From Balanoglossus misakiensis (lineage: Eukaryota > Animalia > Hemichordata), in contig CM082596.2 of the NCBI GenBank assembly GCA_040954595.2, forward strand, positions 2,474,999 through 2,538,998: a stretch of DNA of 64,000 nt. Reading direction: 5' to 3'. Shown here piece after piece: positions 50,955 through 64,000 of the stretch. A model generated the notes under the pieces. The model did not search any database. It was given only the letters and a program-made list of their open reading frames with translations, and had not been told where the DNA came from. Every line of letters begins with the position of its first letter. Position 1 is the stretch's first letter. The translations under genes were made by a program, and so were the position numbers.

Positions 50955-53900
50955 TTAAATTTTCGTTCCCAATTTTCTCCTTTCTTCTTCGCGCTTCCTT
51001 TCTTCCTCTGCTACTTGCTGTGAAAGAAAATATGAACCAGTTCTTGAGTGATGTCAGATTATAATGTCTCATTGACTCTTTGTTCAATGATGATATTTGT
51101 TTGCCTTGTAAACACAATATGTCATCTGTATTCTCATTGTCGTCTGTACCCACCGATTAAAGTTTCATTATTGAATAAAAATATGCGTACTTTCCAGAAG
51201 AGTTCACCGACTCCGCTAGGAGGGGTTAATTTGGTGTAGACCAAGCATCTGCTAGAGGCCTTTCGATGTGCCTCAGTCAATTAGGTGAGCTCTCTGAGAT
51301 GGATTAGCAAGGAAAGGTACGGTAATTGCTTGCACAGGATAATGCAGAAATCCTTCTAACAAGCCTGAGCACACAAACGTGAAACACCTTCCATTTTGGA
51401 ACAAAATCGGATCAAATATGTTTAATGAGTCAAATGTAAGATGCATAGCTGGGATTAAACTTTCACATCAGTGATCAAATCTTTGTAGACTTCATCTTTA
51501 GTATCACAGGCACGATTGAGGATGCACAAAGGTCAAAACCGCTGACTTTAAAGTGCGCTATGGAGTTGTAGATTTTGTATTCGTAGCCTCAATTCATAAA
51601 CATTCCAATATTGAAAAGGTTCATGCTTCAAACTTAGACACCTCAACTTATCAGTTTTCAAAAATAATCAAACCAATGGTATTTATTTGAAATATTTATT
51701 CCATAAAGTTTTAAGCAAGAACAAATTTCCCCTGGATATATAGCTACACGAATAGAGTTTAATCAATAACGAAGAAACTGTTTTAGTTTCAAATAGCCGG
51801 AGGGGTACATGCAGACTCTGTTTGTCCAGGAATATCGATAATTTTTCCCTGGTGTTCTATCCAGGTTGTGTGTTTTATTTGCCAAGTATACACACTGCAA
51901 GGAACCATGATTCACTCTCCAGCTGATTTTGAAATGCAGTACGTTTGCCAACTGCCAGTGGGTGAGGTAGATTCACTTTATCTTATAAGTGGAGTGGCGC
52001 GGAGAGGTGACTGTTAATTTTTAAGTGTGTCTGCACACATGACTAAGACAAGTCAATCAATGTCTCTTGGCCAGAAATTGACTTACGTCACACTGCACAG
52101 TAGCTCTTCTATTTACAGAATATTTTATTATACCGGAAGTAACGGAAATGGTGATATTACTTAACTGAAAATCCTTAGCTTATTGATGGAATTTCTTTGT
52201 TGGAATTCAGGTGCATTGGAATATTGACTCTTATAATGGAAGGGGCAATGCCTACACTTAATGAGGCATTTTAGTAACTAGTCGCAAAGGCTTTCTTTGT
52301 GTAAATCTCTCACCTGCTTTATCTGTGCTTGTCTCTGTACGAGAAGCTGTTCCCTAGTGATGTAACGTTCCCTCCTCCCAAGCATCTTTTTCTGTTTTAG
52401 TTTCCTGGCAACCAGACAGCTCACAAAGGATGATATCAAACTATTGATGCATTCCAAACCAGCCGTTGCCAGGGCGATAATTATGAGAACATCCTGTTCT
52501 TCTTTTGCGTATGTGTGGCCGTCTGAGGTATGGTTGACGAGACCCAATCGAAGTAACTGTATACTAACAACACCCGTAATTAAACTGCAGAATGAAAATG
52601 CTGTGAAACAAAGAATCTGAAATGAGAATACAAAAGAACAGATTGGATTATTGGATGACCTGCTTTTTGAATTTCACAGCATAGGCTTATAAATGAAGCT
52701 CTTTTAGAATCGCCAATCACAGCATCTGCGAGGCGAAGCTGTATGTGAGATAAGTTTACAAAAGAGATATCTCGCCACTACATTCATAGTCAAATTTCGA
52801 GTCTCTATCACATTTGAAATCATTGTCATTTGTATTCCCCTGAGTGAGCAGGAGAGAAGACGATACCTAATCTCAATAGGGTAAAGGGTCATTAGACTTT
52901 CATCCATCCCATTTGACCCTGTGACCTCTCACGATCATTATGAATGCATGAGGGAACAGGTGTGTCAAACCCTGTTTGTCTCTAGCCACCGACGAGTAAA
53001 ACCTCGGTGTTTATCAAAACTGGCCTGGGATTCTGGGTGTTAACATTAATACACAAAGCTACGTGTATAGAAGACAATATGAGGCTGACTTTAATACCAG
53101 TAACGATTTTCACGAGCGGTAATCAAGTACACATGGCAGGGGAGGGGGTTGAAATGTTTTAGTTGATCATGTACATGTGTTCCAAATCCTCCTCCTACTA
53201 TACGTGGACCTGACTCACATTGCAGTCATGCATACATATACAGTGTCGTTCTCCACAGATCTCAAGTGTATACTGTGTGTATTGATCTTGTTGTGCCTAA
53301 CCAACGATATATATCTCTTTTAATTTAATTGTTGAAATTCTTTGTGCCAGGCAATGTCAAATTTGCACAGTGCTTGTCACAGGTGCAGTACTGCAAAAGC
53401 AAACTGTACTGCTGATTCTCAAACAGCGCCAAGCAGAAAACACACAGCGACTTTCAATTAACCACCAGTATCATACAAGCCTGCGTAAAATATACACTTC
53501 AGACGGTATTTCCTTTCCCTCGTTTAGTCTACCCTTGTCATATTGTAATTTCTCCAGAAAATCAATACTCTCTATATGCATCAGTGAATGCGTTCGTAAA
53601 ACGACACACTTCCGATTGGTGCAATAAAAACCTAAATCGATCGCAGTGAATGAGGAGTGAAGTGTCTCCAGGTATAAAGATGCCGGGCAACACGGCTTGC
53701 TTTTGATATTGTACAGGAGTTTTTAAAATGAAGCAGCTTGTGGATTATTATCGCAAGCGTTACTCATGAAAGCGATTACTGATTGAATCAATATACTGCG
53801 GGATACTCAGTGAATTATTGTGGGCTGATTTTACATGTACTTCCCAGATGAGTGTGCTCAACACAAGGCTCTTCTGACATTCAAGTGTTACTGGGCTGTG

Positions 53901-56900
53901 AGTAGGGATAAGAAACGACATGTTTACCCAACTGTACATCAAAACAGGAACCTTATATAAAGTGAGAGTTCATTATGGCCTTAGATTGTTGTCATGGCGT
54001 CCATGATGTGGTTCTTTGTTAACATTTACTCTGAAATTTCACTTCACCAATCGAATCAAAGTGACGGAATATGTTGCTCAATTCTTATTATAAATGGCAA
54101 AGTCGCGGTAGTCATAACTACAGGATTGATAGCAGTGTGTGAATTTCTGGACATGTAAATGTATCAATATCCATATAAGCAATAACTAAGTTAGGAATGT
54201 TCTTGAAAATGCGGCACTGTTGTCCGGGTCACATAGATTTCTGAAGCGAATAAAAGTAGGAGAAAATACTATTACTTAATAAGCCTTTGGTACATTCAAT
54301 TCCGCTTTAGTTGCACAAAAAGCGAGTGGTTTCTTGTCTCTAATTTGGAATAGGATCATAGCAACGTATTGTGCTGGTTAAAACCTTGCTAATATTCACC
54401 TAATGTTGTTTGGAGCTGTCACTTCAATTGATTGACCTCTGTCTGCATTTTGTCTAGCTCGCCGTCACTAAGCCGAACAATATCAAAGCAATCTTCGGGG
54501 TATTGACGCCAGCGCTGAATTTGTGTGCATGGTCAGGAATTGGCAAAATGTCACATAACCACAGTGGAGCTACAAAACCGACAGGTTCGGCACAGTGAAA
54601 TTGATTGAATTTAAAGCCTTATTACATTATTGCATGATACCCACTTAATGAACTGCGAGGCAAGAACGTGACTCAATCTTTTCCCAATATACACAATTAT
54701 GTAAGTAGCCAGCTGTGAGCTCGTGTCGCGCTGACTGGTGGGCGGATGAAGGTTGGAATCGAGCAAATCACGAGACAAAGGCAACTGATTGCGAGAATTC
54801 ACCGTTGTGGAAAAAACAACTCAGCATGCTCGAGTGAAAATCAAGCTGGATTGACTGGCTGTGGTGAGATTGGAAAAGGAAAAGGGCAGCGTTTCAAAAA
54901 TCACTCAATGCAGGGGATATTGTCCTCGACTCTTAGTAATTGACGTAGAAACAACATTCTGACATTTTTTACTGACAACATTAATGTTCACATCATGGCA
55001 AATTTTGTGATGACTTGATCCATCCATTATGTACTTTTCTAATAAGTAAGCCTATTAACTTACAAATACCAGTTAATCACAGAAGACTAACTTGTTATTA
55101 CCAAGTAACTTTAGATAAGCAGTTATATGCAGGAAAAGAGCCCTGAGATTTCCATTTGCATTTGCTGCTCCAAGAAATGTTACACCAACTAACTTTCCAC
55201 CATCTGAATTTACATTTTCTGATGTTACACACGTCTTGTCAGAGCACTTGTCATTGGAGTGGAATAGCTTCACTGTTTAAGTAATTTGGCGACTGTCAAA
55301 AGGGGCCAGTTTATGCTTCTTTAAACGTGAGAAAACTGTCACTGATATCTACTCAGAAACCAATCTCGAAGGAAAAGGCCAGATCTCAGGGCTCGGGTTT
55401 TGTGAACTTCTAAGGAACGATTATTATGCGTCGTTCTAGAAGGTACGTGATTACTTCAAGCCACTGACAATAGGCAGATTCAGAACCCAATTAAGCGTGA
55501 ATAGGTGTTGAAGGCTTCATTGAACGTTGCCATGGATACACGACAAACCTATGCATCTGAAATTATCACTGTGATTTAGACGACACAATTGTGTCCAATG
55601 AAGCAAGTGTGCCCCATGCAGACAGGCAGTAACTGACTGTATTCAAAATGGCAATTGTGATTTCCAATTGATCTTCACTTAGAATTAAGACATTTTATGG
55701 TATAGATTCGTCACAGTTCTCTGGAGAGCATTTGGTTTAACACAAGATCAATCTTCTGGTATCCCCCATGAATAGCAACCAGGTGTACGCTACACATATC
55801 GCTTACATCTTTTCATCGTCCAATAGGTTGGACGCAGCTTCTGGTTCTAGTCATTGCAAATGTGGTTAATCTGGCAGTCAATGCAATTTGATATTGCTGT
55901 TAGTAGCTATGTGTTAAAATTTAAAGCTGAACTGACTTGGTTTAGTTCCGTAAACAGATTTAGTTGAACCCGTTCTTTTCAACGTTTTTGTTTAATGGTC
56001 CCACATACGGGGAAATTGGTCGAAAAGTTCACTCAGGGAGCAGTAACCATAAAAACCAACAAATTGGAGCAACATTTTAGATGACGCATCAGTGAATTAA
56101 AAGGACACGACATTTCATTCGAGCACAACATTTCTGCAAGGCGATGTCATGGTAATAAATCATGGTAGACGACAGGCTTAATCTGGTAGTGTGAAAGGTC
56201 GTCACTCTAACAAATTAGACAGGACGAATCATATTATGATGTATGATACTATTGATCAAAGGTCATGACCTGTCTGATTAAGAAAAATGAAAGAAACTGC
56301 TATCCTTGTCTGGTTCAAATAACGTGGGTGGTTCGAATTTTATTGCAAATCATCAGGTTTAATTGAAAATTGCTGCTCAAAGCCAAAGTTTGAAAAGAAG
56401 CTGACATTTACAATGATGGTGGTTATAAAGATGATGACGATGATGGTGGTGGTGTGGTGATGGTGACAATGGTAATAGTGGCGGAGGTGATGATGGTGGT
56501 GGTGGTGGTGGTGATGGTGGTGGTAGGGATTGTAATGGCGAGAGCAGTTTTAGAACAGGAGACTGAGGGAAAACACGAACATGATTCTCTGTGTCGTACA
56601 CCAACAATGGAACGAGTAATATGCTGAGAAAAGCTTTAAAATTATTTGGAACCCATCGGCACTTTTCTCTTTTCTATACATCTGCATTTTACACTTTGTA
56701 GCAACACAGTTGTTCGTGACAAAACGTGACAAAAACCTTTGATAACACCACGTACACCCTCATACATCTCACACGAAGATAATCTAACTTTAGGCAATAC
56801 TTTCATGCAACTATTCATTGTAAAACTTCAGCAAACAGCCTCATCTCCATAGCACACTGATTTTTAGAATACCACTCCTGTGGTTTACCATTGAAGATCT

Positions 56901-59900
56901 GATAAACCACTGCATCTAACTGTCATCTGGGGGGGGGGGGGCAATTTTCGGGCTTACTTTTGAATCAATGTTCCATCATCGTTGCCGAAAGACTCGATAA
57001 GCAGACTATTCAATGATTACAGAATTTATCACAGTGATTTTCCAATAATTCTCCTTGGAATATTATAGTGACAGGGTTGTTTTTACTCGGACAAGCAGTC
57101 AACATGTCAGACATGGGTAAATTTTTTAAGTGGCAACGTGAACAGCAAAAACAGGGAAGGTAAAGACAGATCCTGTCTGATTCTAATCAGTCTATAATCA
57201 TGAGTATACCCAAGTTATGTACTTGCAAAAAATAACCACCCCCACCCTTAGTAGTTCCATGATAATTTCTGACAGGCTTTTGACAGCCTTGGGGCGCTAG
57301 TAATTCTGTCCATTAGCAGAAATCTCCTTACAGGTCAGAAAAAGGGGAAGTGCTGTGTAGAATTTAACAATCAACCTCCGGCATTAATTCACCCAGCAAG
57401 AAAAACAGACAGCGTAGAGTAATCATGCCTGTCTGCCAATTTCTGCAAAGAGGTGGTTCAGTCAGCTGCAATGCCAGATTTAATAATGACTGAACTCACA
57501 GGAAATGAACAAAACACACCTGCATGCATGCACGTCCTCACACAAAATACAAATAACAGAGACCATTACCTTCAATATCCTCCATTTATTTAATGCATCA
57601 GCACTCCATATATCATCATAAATGACTAACATGTCCTAGTGTACAGTATTAAAATTTTCTGTATTTTTTTAATTGTGTAACTTGACCTTTGGGCACAATA
57701 ATAATGCAGTGGTTAAAATAATCTAGATAAGTCTGTGCATTGGAATGGCATTGTGGTCTATGCGTATATAGGGGAGGAAATAATACTGATTCTAGAGCTG
57801 AGAGTAGACGGTTTTGATGAGTCTTGAGTAACGCCAGTGAATAAAAAGTGGCAGATCAATAGAGAAAATGGGCAGAAAATTGAAAAGACTGGTACAAAAA
57901 CAGCTCAGGAAATGCTGAGCTGCACAAAGAACTGATGAACACGCAACTTAATAGCAATAAGTTGATTACTTGTAGCAAAACAGAGTATCACCCCTAATCA
58001 ATAGGATTATAGTGATTTGCCGTTCCATCCATGCAAGAAAGGAGTTTCTTAGAAGCCAGCGACGGAGGCAGTTGAAAAGACGACTGAGTGGAATTCGTCG
58101 TCTGCGAAGTGATTCATTAGATAGTGTTTAAAGTACTTAATGGAACATTTCTGAAGCCCGTACAGAAGAATTGGATCACGGGTATGAATAATATCCACCC
58201 ATTAAACTCCAAAGAAGATGCTTCGATAAAAGGTACAAAGGCGAAGTCGATGAAATTGCTCATGCCACTCGGCCCTGATTGCGTCTGATAGCGGCCTATA
58301 ATTAACTCGGCAGTCCGTAAATTGCGCAGAAAATTTGATAATGGCCTGATGGATGATAGCAAGCGGTGTCTGCAAAGCGTTGGTTGGTGATGTGAAAATA
58401 CAGCCTGAATTGAGTCATTTCCTCTTCTCGTATCTCATTCATTACAATAAGCCATCTATTTATTCTTAAAACACCTCAAAGTTCCTTGGCCCCTTTTTTC
58501 CTCGACTACCGACAAAGCTCAGCCATCGAATATTGGCAATGCAGTGACAAAGTCATAATATACCGGTATGCGCGATTTTCACCTACACGAATGCTGGCTT
58601 GGACATGAACTCTTGAATTTTCTATTTTATATGTGTTATTGAAAGAAACATTGATTTTTCATTTTGGTTGTCCGTACAGGGGGTTTACATTACCCGTCGG
58701 GACTTGAACATTTTGAATGGGCTAAAATATGCGGACAAAGTACCGTCTTTGTTACAACAGACTGTGCCCAGTCTTGCACATACACACTAATTGCAAAATA
58801 ATCCCCAAGAACGTGAGAGATACACTACATGAGTACGTGAAAAAAGACTAATGAAGCCAGTTTGTATGGTGAAATCACAAAGTCTTATTCTATAGGGCGT
58901 GTCAAGAGAATGTGACCAATCAGTGTGAAACATTGGAAAGACGGCCACTGTTTACGGGAAGAGTGGGTGTTAATGTTTCTACAAGGTCATTAGCGTTTCT
59001 GCTGTGATAGACTGGTAAAATTGAGTCCTGATTTTGAGTTATATTGGCACCAAATTCTGACAATTAAGTTTGATAACACCTTAAGATACCTAGAGAAGTC
59101 TTATCTACTTATACATGTCTAGCTTTGTCTGATGGTGACGTGTGGCACACCACTTAGGCGACTAAATGTTTACAGAAGCCGGCAGTGGTGTTCGAACGGC
59201 ATTTTCTGGCCATTATTGCAGCAGAAGCTGTTCAAGCAAAAGTGCTGATCCGATCGATACTGTACTATTCCGGATTATTCCGGAAAGTGACATGGAGCAT
59301 TTCCTACACCACAATATGTCCGTTTGTGGAAGAGTGGTCGATCCTTCGAAATAGCATGCATGCTAGTTCAATATTCCTCCCTGTACTAAAATGGAATATA
59401 TAAATCTCTTCTCTGGCTCAGAATATTGCCACATACACAGACATGGCACTCCCAGAGCAGGTTTTAAATTGACAGTGACTGCAGGTGGACTATAAGACAG
59501 ATTGTATGTTTTATACACATGATACAAGTTCAATAAAAACTGAATCCCTCATGTACATGTACTTGAGTAAATCAAAGCAGAATTCTGCGTAGGTTCACAA
59601 AGACTTTGTCGTAGGTCAGTGTTATCACAGTTTCTAATTACATCTTTATTTCCTGAAATTGCCTTTTCAGAGTCGGCAGCACTTTATGGGGATTCTAAGT
59701 ACTACTCATTCCTGTTTACCATTAGAGTGTACTCAAGAAGTCGATATCAATGTATCATTATGAGAATGTAATCCCCATCTTGGATTAAATTCAATGTAAG
59801 TATAGCTTCTTGTACGCTTCTCAGAACTTTTCAAACACGATGTGGGAAAACGAGCGATGTAAAACATGTTCTATCACGGGGTCTAATCCCATTTTAGTTC

Positions 59901-62089
59901 CATTGCGACATTTTATGCACACATCTTGCCGAGCACAAAACAAGTATTTCAGCCACTGTCAATAACTTCAAATCAATGCTATAAAACCCTGACAAGTGTG
60001 TTACCGTGACACACTTCCAATCGATATTGGCTTAAGTGTAGAAACCCCGCCTGGCGACAGTATCTCTACAATTTGCCACATGATGCTTCCAAGCCAATGC
60101 CCATGTCCACAGTGAGCTCATACAGTTTGATAAAATCTCAACAGTGCATCTGTAAATAGCTATTTACCAATTTGACTATGTAATTGGCTAATACGGGGCA
60201 CGGTACATCTGTAGAAATTCTGCAACTCTCAAAGTCAGGGGGGGGAGCAATTTGTATCGCAGAGCTGAGCATTACTGCCACTGATGCATATTAACTAAAC
60301 TAGTCTTTAAAGATTATTGTATTCCAACCTTTGCAGGTAGCTGGCCTAATCCTCAGATTTCCGAGAACAAAATGATCCCGCTTTCTTCTTAGGCTTCCTA
60401 TTTCTTCTTTGGGTTAATATCAAATCGGTAAGTACTGTATACAGTTACATTTTAATTCGTTAGCGCTTCTGTGCGTCTTCCAGCCATCAATCGAAATCGC
60501 ATATACATTGCAATCAATGAGACAGCTCGTCCTATCACGACAAGTTTCACGTCAAAACACACGGCAGTTGAAATGATTTTATCTGAATGCAATTTCCATG
60601 CAAATTTGAGCTTTACACTTAAATCCAAGAAAGGACAACCCTAGCGATTCAACGATAGTCTTACATGACAGGGTTTGAAGCTAATCCCTCGAAGCTTTAC
60701 TTTTCAGAAAGCTTAGCAAAATAGGGGGACAGGAGCAAGTAGTCACTTTAAGCTAGGAGTTTTGGTCTGTTGGGCATGCCTTAATGAGTTGCATATATTA
60801 TGATGGTGTAGTTTCTGCATTATCGCTACTCAATGGCTAATTCCTGTCCCAGTTTTGTAAAAAAAAATTAGAATATTCGGTTAATGAGAACATGAACCCC
60901 AAAAAGGAGAGCATTTTGTGCAATTTAGTGTCGCCGTTGGAAGCACATACGTGCAAAGTGTGGATAAAATCAGAAAGAGGCTTCATCTTGATTTGCCGCT
61001 TAGATGGCCTCGGAAAATGTTGCAGCAATCATTGGTTCTAAGAATAGAAATCGCCTTTTTCCCCTGATGGCAATATTGGTAACGAGCGGGTAAAGTCATC
61101 TGCCTGTCTGTTAGCTAAAGCATCACCAAAAGATGGAACCTATTAAAACCTTACAGCTGTGACTGTTCTCAGTGTAGTGACCTCGTTCAGGTCTCTGGCG
61201 ATCACTTCCATCACATACTTAATACTCTTGGGGAAAATAGCTCGAACCAGTACACCACCTGGTCTTTTAGAATACAGTGTTAGCTAGAATTGTAACACAA
61301 AAGCAAGTTCATTCGATAAAGAAATTGATTTGAAAGTAAATGTCAAGAAATACATCGGAAATGGCCGATAACACAAAGTGGGAGGTCATTAGGATACTGG
61401 TTTTAGCAATCAACATTTTGCACCATTAGTCCATTTCAATGTTTAGTTCATTAAACGCAATGAACATTGATGAAACTGCATGGCTTAGACTCCACTGACA
61501 GCAAATATTTAATCAATTAGTAAGCTTTAGATGTTTGCGAAAACATTGTTTGCAGAACCACTAACACATGGTATTATCTAAACGTACAAAAAATATAGAC
61601 ACATTTGGTGTCAAAGCACGTCAAATGTTAACTCAAACAAAATGCTGCCTTATGCTTTAAAATGGTTAATATTTGTACAAAGTGGAGTAGGTTAGCTGAC
61701 ATTATTTCTACCTTCTCTGGGATTTCCTTATGTCTTTCTTTCTGCGAGTTGCTACAAAGTACAACTTAAATTATCGATCAGGCGTGTTCTTTATTTAGCA
61801 AATTCCCAATCCGACATCTCCTAAAACAATGACGTCATTACTGTAGATAATGTCACACTTAAAGGATCTTATGGAACAAATGGAGCATTCTGTGTTAAGC
61901 ATGGCTGATGCTTGTGCCCTAGCCATGTGACCAAAGGACGTGGGCAGGATGAACTCTACACCATCCAGGGTGTTTTAGCAAAATGGAGCAAAGATGATTG
62001 CAGATGAAATTTTCATGAAAATGGATACTTACCATATAGGCCGTTTTCCTCTTTGCGCAAGCCAAGCCAAGCACTCCGCAAATGATAAA
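50955..62089 (-). CDS. TMEM196: Transmembrane protein 196-like, exons 2-4 (exon 1 not found in window)
   Basis: Phase-0 exons 62033-62089 (57 nt, FIICGVLGLACAKRKTAYM; cf. recalled human FLLCGICGILCAKKKSGLV), 52314-52616 (ILCFTAFSFCSLITGVVSIQLLR...IIIALATAGLECINSLISSFVSCLVAR, two TM helices) and 50955-51017 (QVAEEERKREEERRKLGTKI*). Confidence 0.8.
56413..56525. repeat. Imperfect (GGT/GAT)n trinucleotide microsatellite
   Basis: Runs of GATGAT/GGTGGTGGT. This explains the poly-Pro/His ORF on the minus strand. Confidence 0.85.
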
Positions 62090-64000
62090 CTGTAAGAAAA
62101 ATAAGATGTTCATGGTGATTGAATCAGTGATATTGAGTTTGGTGAATAGTGTTTTACATATAACTATGTTAAATTTCAGGTATGCAAAATTAAGTAGACC
62201 ATCAAAGTAGCCATATCCCAGGACTTCAAGGGCATGAATGGAGCTTAGATGATTCAGCATGTATCAAGTGGTGAAACAACAGCATGCAAGTTCTCATACC
62301 GAAAAGCTAGAAAAAACAACTGAAAGGTAATAGACTCTGTTACTTTAAAAGTAAATGGGTTACTGGTATGTAAATGGGTCGAGTGTGAGCAAATCTTACT
62401 TCCGAGATGTGAGCAGTACTTTTCGTAGTGATATAAATGTCTGAATGACAGAAAAGTACATGGGATAGGTCAAGCCATCTACTTCTTTTCATAGTGGCAT
62501 GATGTAAAAGGTAAATTATTCATAGAGTTTAACAGCATTTTCGAAGGCTAACCCTACTAGAAAAAGTACAGTAACAGCATTCCATGTGTTGTTTTACTGT
62601 AGTTAACATTCTCCTGCCTTTCCCTGTTGGATCAGAGATGGCCTCCAATCCCCCTGTTAAATAGTTCCCTCTTTTCAAAAAACGTGTCACCATAAATGAG
62701 ATTTCAGGTCATCATGACTTGAATGCCTCTTAATCAGTTGACTTGGGAAGTTCGAGGCCAATCTTCGTAACCTTGAATTTTCCCCAGAGCACTTAGTGGG
62801 ACATAAATTAGACACCAGACATATTGGTTCTTTCAGTTTCATCCATGTCAAGTCAATCACAGTCCAGTACTGGTAGACCATGGCTTGCTAGTACTGAGAT
62901 GTGTATGCGATTCCTAACATGCTATGCAAGGCAATTTAAAATTTAATATATCTTGTTAGAGAATATAGGTATTGAAAGATGCTATCGAGAGAAAATGTCC
63001 TTCTTCTGACACTTTATGTGATTGTGGAGGGAAAACTCGTCAGTGTAATCAGACAAAAATGTCACAGTTTTCCCTCGCGAGAGAGAAATTGACAGGCAAG
63101 GTATTCGCAAGTCAAATCACGTGTTAAAATAAAACGAAATAGAAGTCATCTTTTTGGTGGGATTATCTAGATCTAATTATTTTCTTCAAGACGTTAACTT
63201 GTGTTCCATGAATAGAGACTGTAAGGGTCATGACAGGGGTTAATGCAGGCATTTACAGCGTTTATTGGTAATCGCGTCAGCGTAGAATGCGTTTCTTTTT
63301 TCCCCTTTCAAATCGGGGTTGTGGTTGACAGCTCGGCTGAATGTTCACAAACGTGACTGCCCATATAAAGTGGGGAATACATTTTAGAATCGCAGAGGGT
63401 TTACACGTCAACTGTTTCTGTAATAGTGGTTCAAATGATGGGTAAAATTTTGTAAAGGAAATGTTGAAAGGAAAGACCTTCACATGATTGTAATTAAATT
63501 TAACCTGAGCAAGGACGGCAGAGGAGGCTTGAAGATAATGATACACTCAGCAAAGAATGGTCAATCCGTTGAAGGAAATCAGAAAATGGGCCGGTTGTCG
63601 CAATACTCAGCCACTCAGAACATTCTCAGGTATAACCCTAGGAGAGTCAAGAATGACATATGTAGAATGCATGTGCCTGGGGAAATCAATACTATTACGT
63701 CACTGCACTTCATGGGTGCGTCGGCCCAAGTGAGCTGCATCATGGGCCTTGGTCAGATTTGATTGGTCATGGCAGATGGTCGCTAACTTTTTCGCGCAGG
63801 GCGTACAGTGCTTGTTATTGGTTCTGGCAGATGGTAGCCATCGTCTGCACAGGCAAAGAAAATTTGATTGGCTCTGATGGATGGCAATAAAGTACCTTTC
63901 AGTTGGCAAAGAAAATTCTCGGCTCAATACCAGCCGTATTGATCGTTTCTGAAAAAGGAGACGAAATAGCCGAGTCAAACCATTAATATCTTCTGGTGTG

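Noticed and set aside
54700-54780. tRNA/SINE B-box-like sequence
   Set aside because: No A box or cloverleaf could be built. No tRNA or rRNA genes were recognised anywhere in the window.
56377-56607. Poly-Pro/poly-His ORF
   Set aside because: Translation of a (GGT/GAT)n microsatellite in an intron.

Overview
Intron-rich, AT-rich metazoan genomic DNA. Gene content and intron positions fit an invertebrate deuterostome-like genome, but the species cannot be determined from this window. Hand-spliced gene models, left to right: an intronless EF-hand gene (+, ~195-896); RAD51B exons 1-6 (-, 7151-9698, 3' exons not found in the window); a complete MTA1/2/3-family NuRD subunit (-, 12281-21935, ~767 aa); a complete kinesin-3 KIF16B (+, 25842-36496, 30 exons, ~1450 aa); DNAJC11 exon 1 (+, 48882-48959, GC donor); and TMEM196 exons 2-4 (-, 50955-62089). 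Two genes appear to be nested antisense in large introns: the EF-hand gene in RAD51B and TMEM196 in DNAJC11. Between KIF16B and DNAJC11 lies a ~10 kb non-genic block. It holds a G-rich 92/125-bp hairpin minisatellite, a highly homogeneous ~23 x 243-bp satellite with a 23-bp-stem hairpin in each unit, a G/T-skewed tail and a CTCF-type motif. The two most interesting signals are a duplicated, synonymously diverged MTA exon that suggests an isoform switch with or without two C2H2 fingers and the RBBP-binding R1 module, and the double hairpin-array block. All calls come from manual reading and recalled protein families; no database searches were run.
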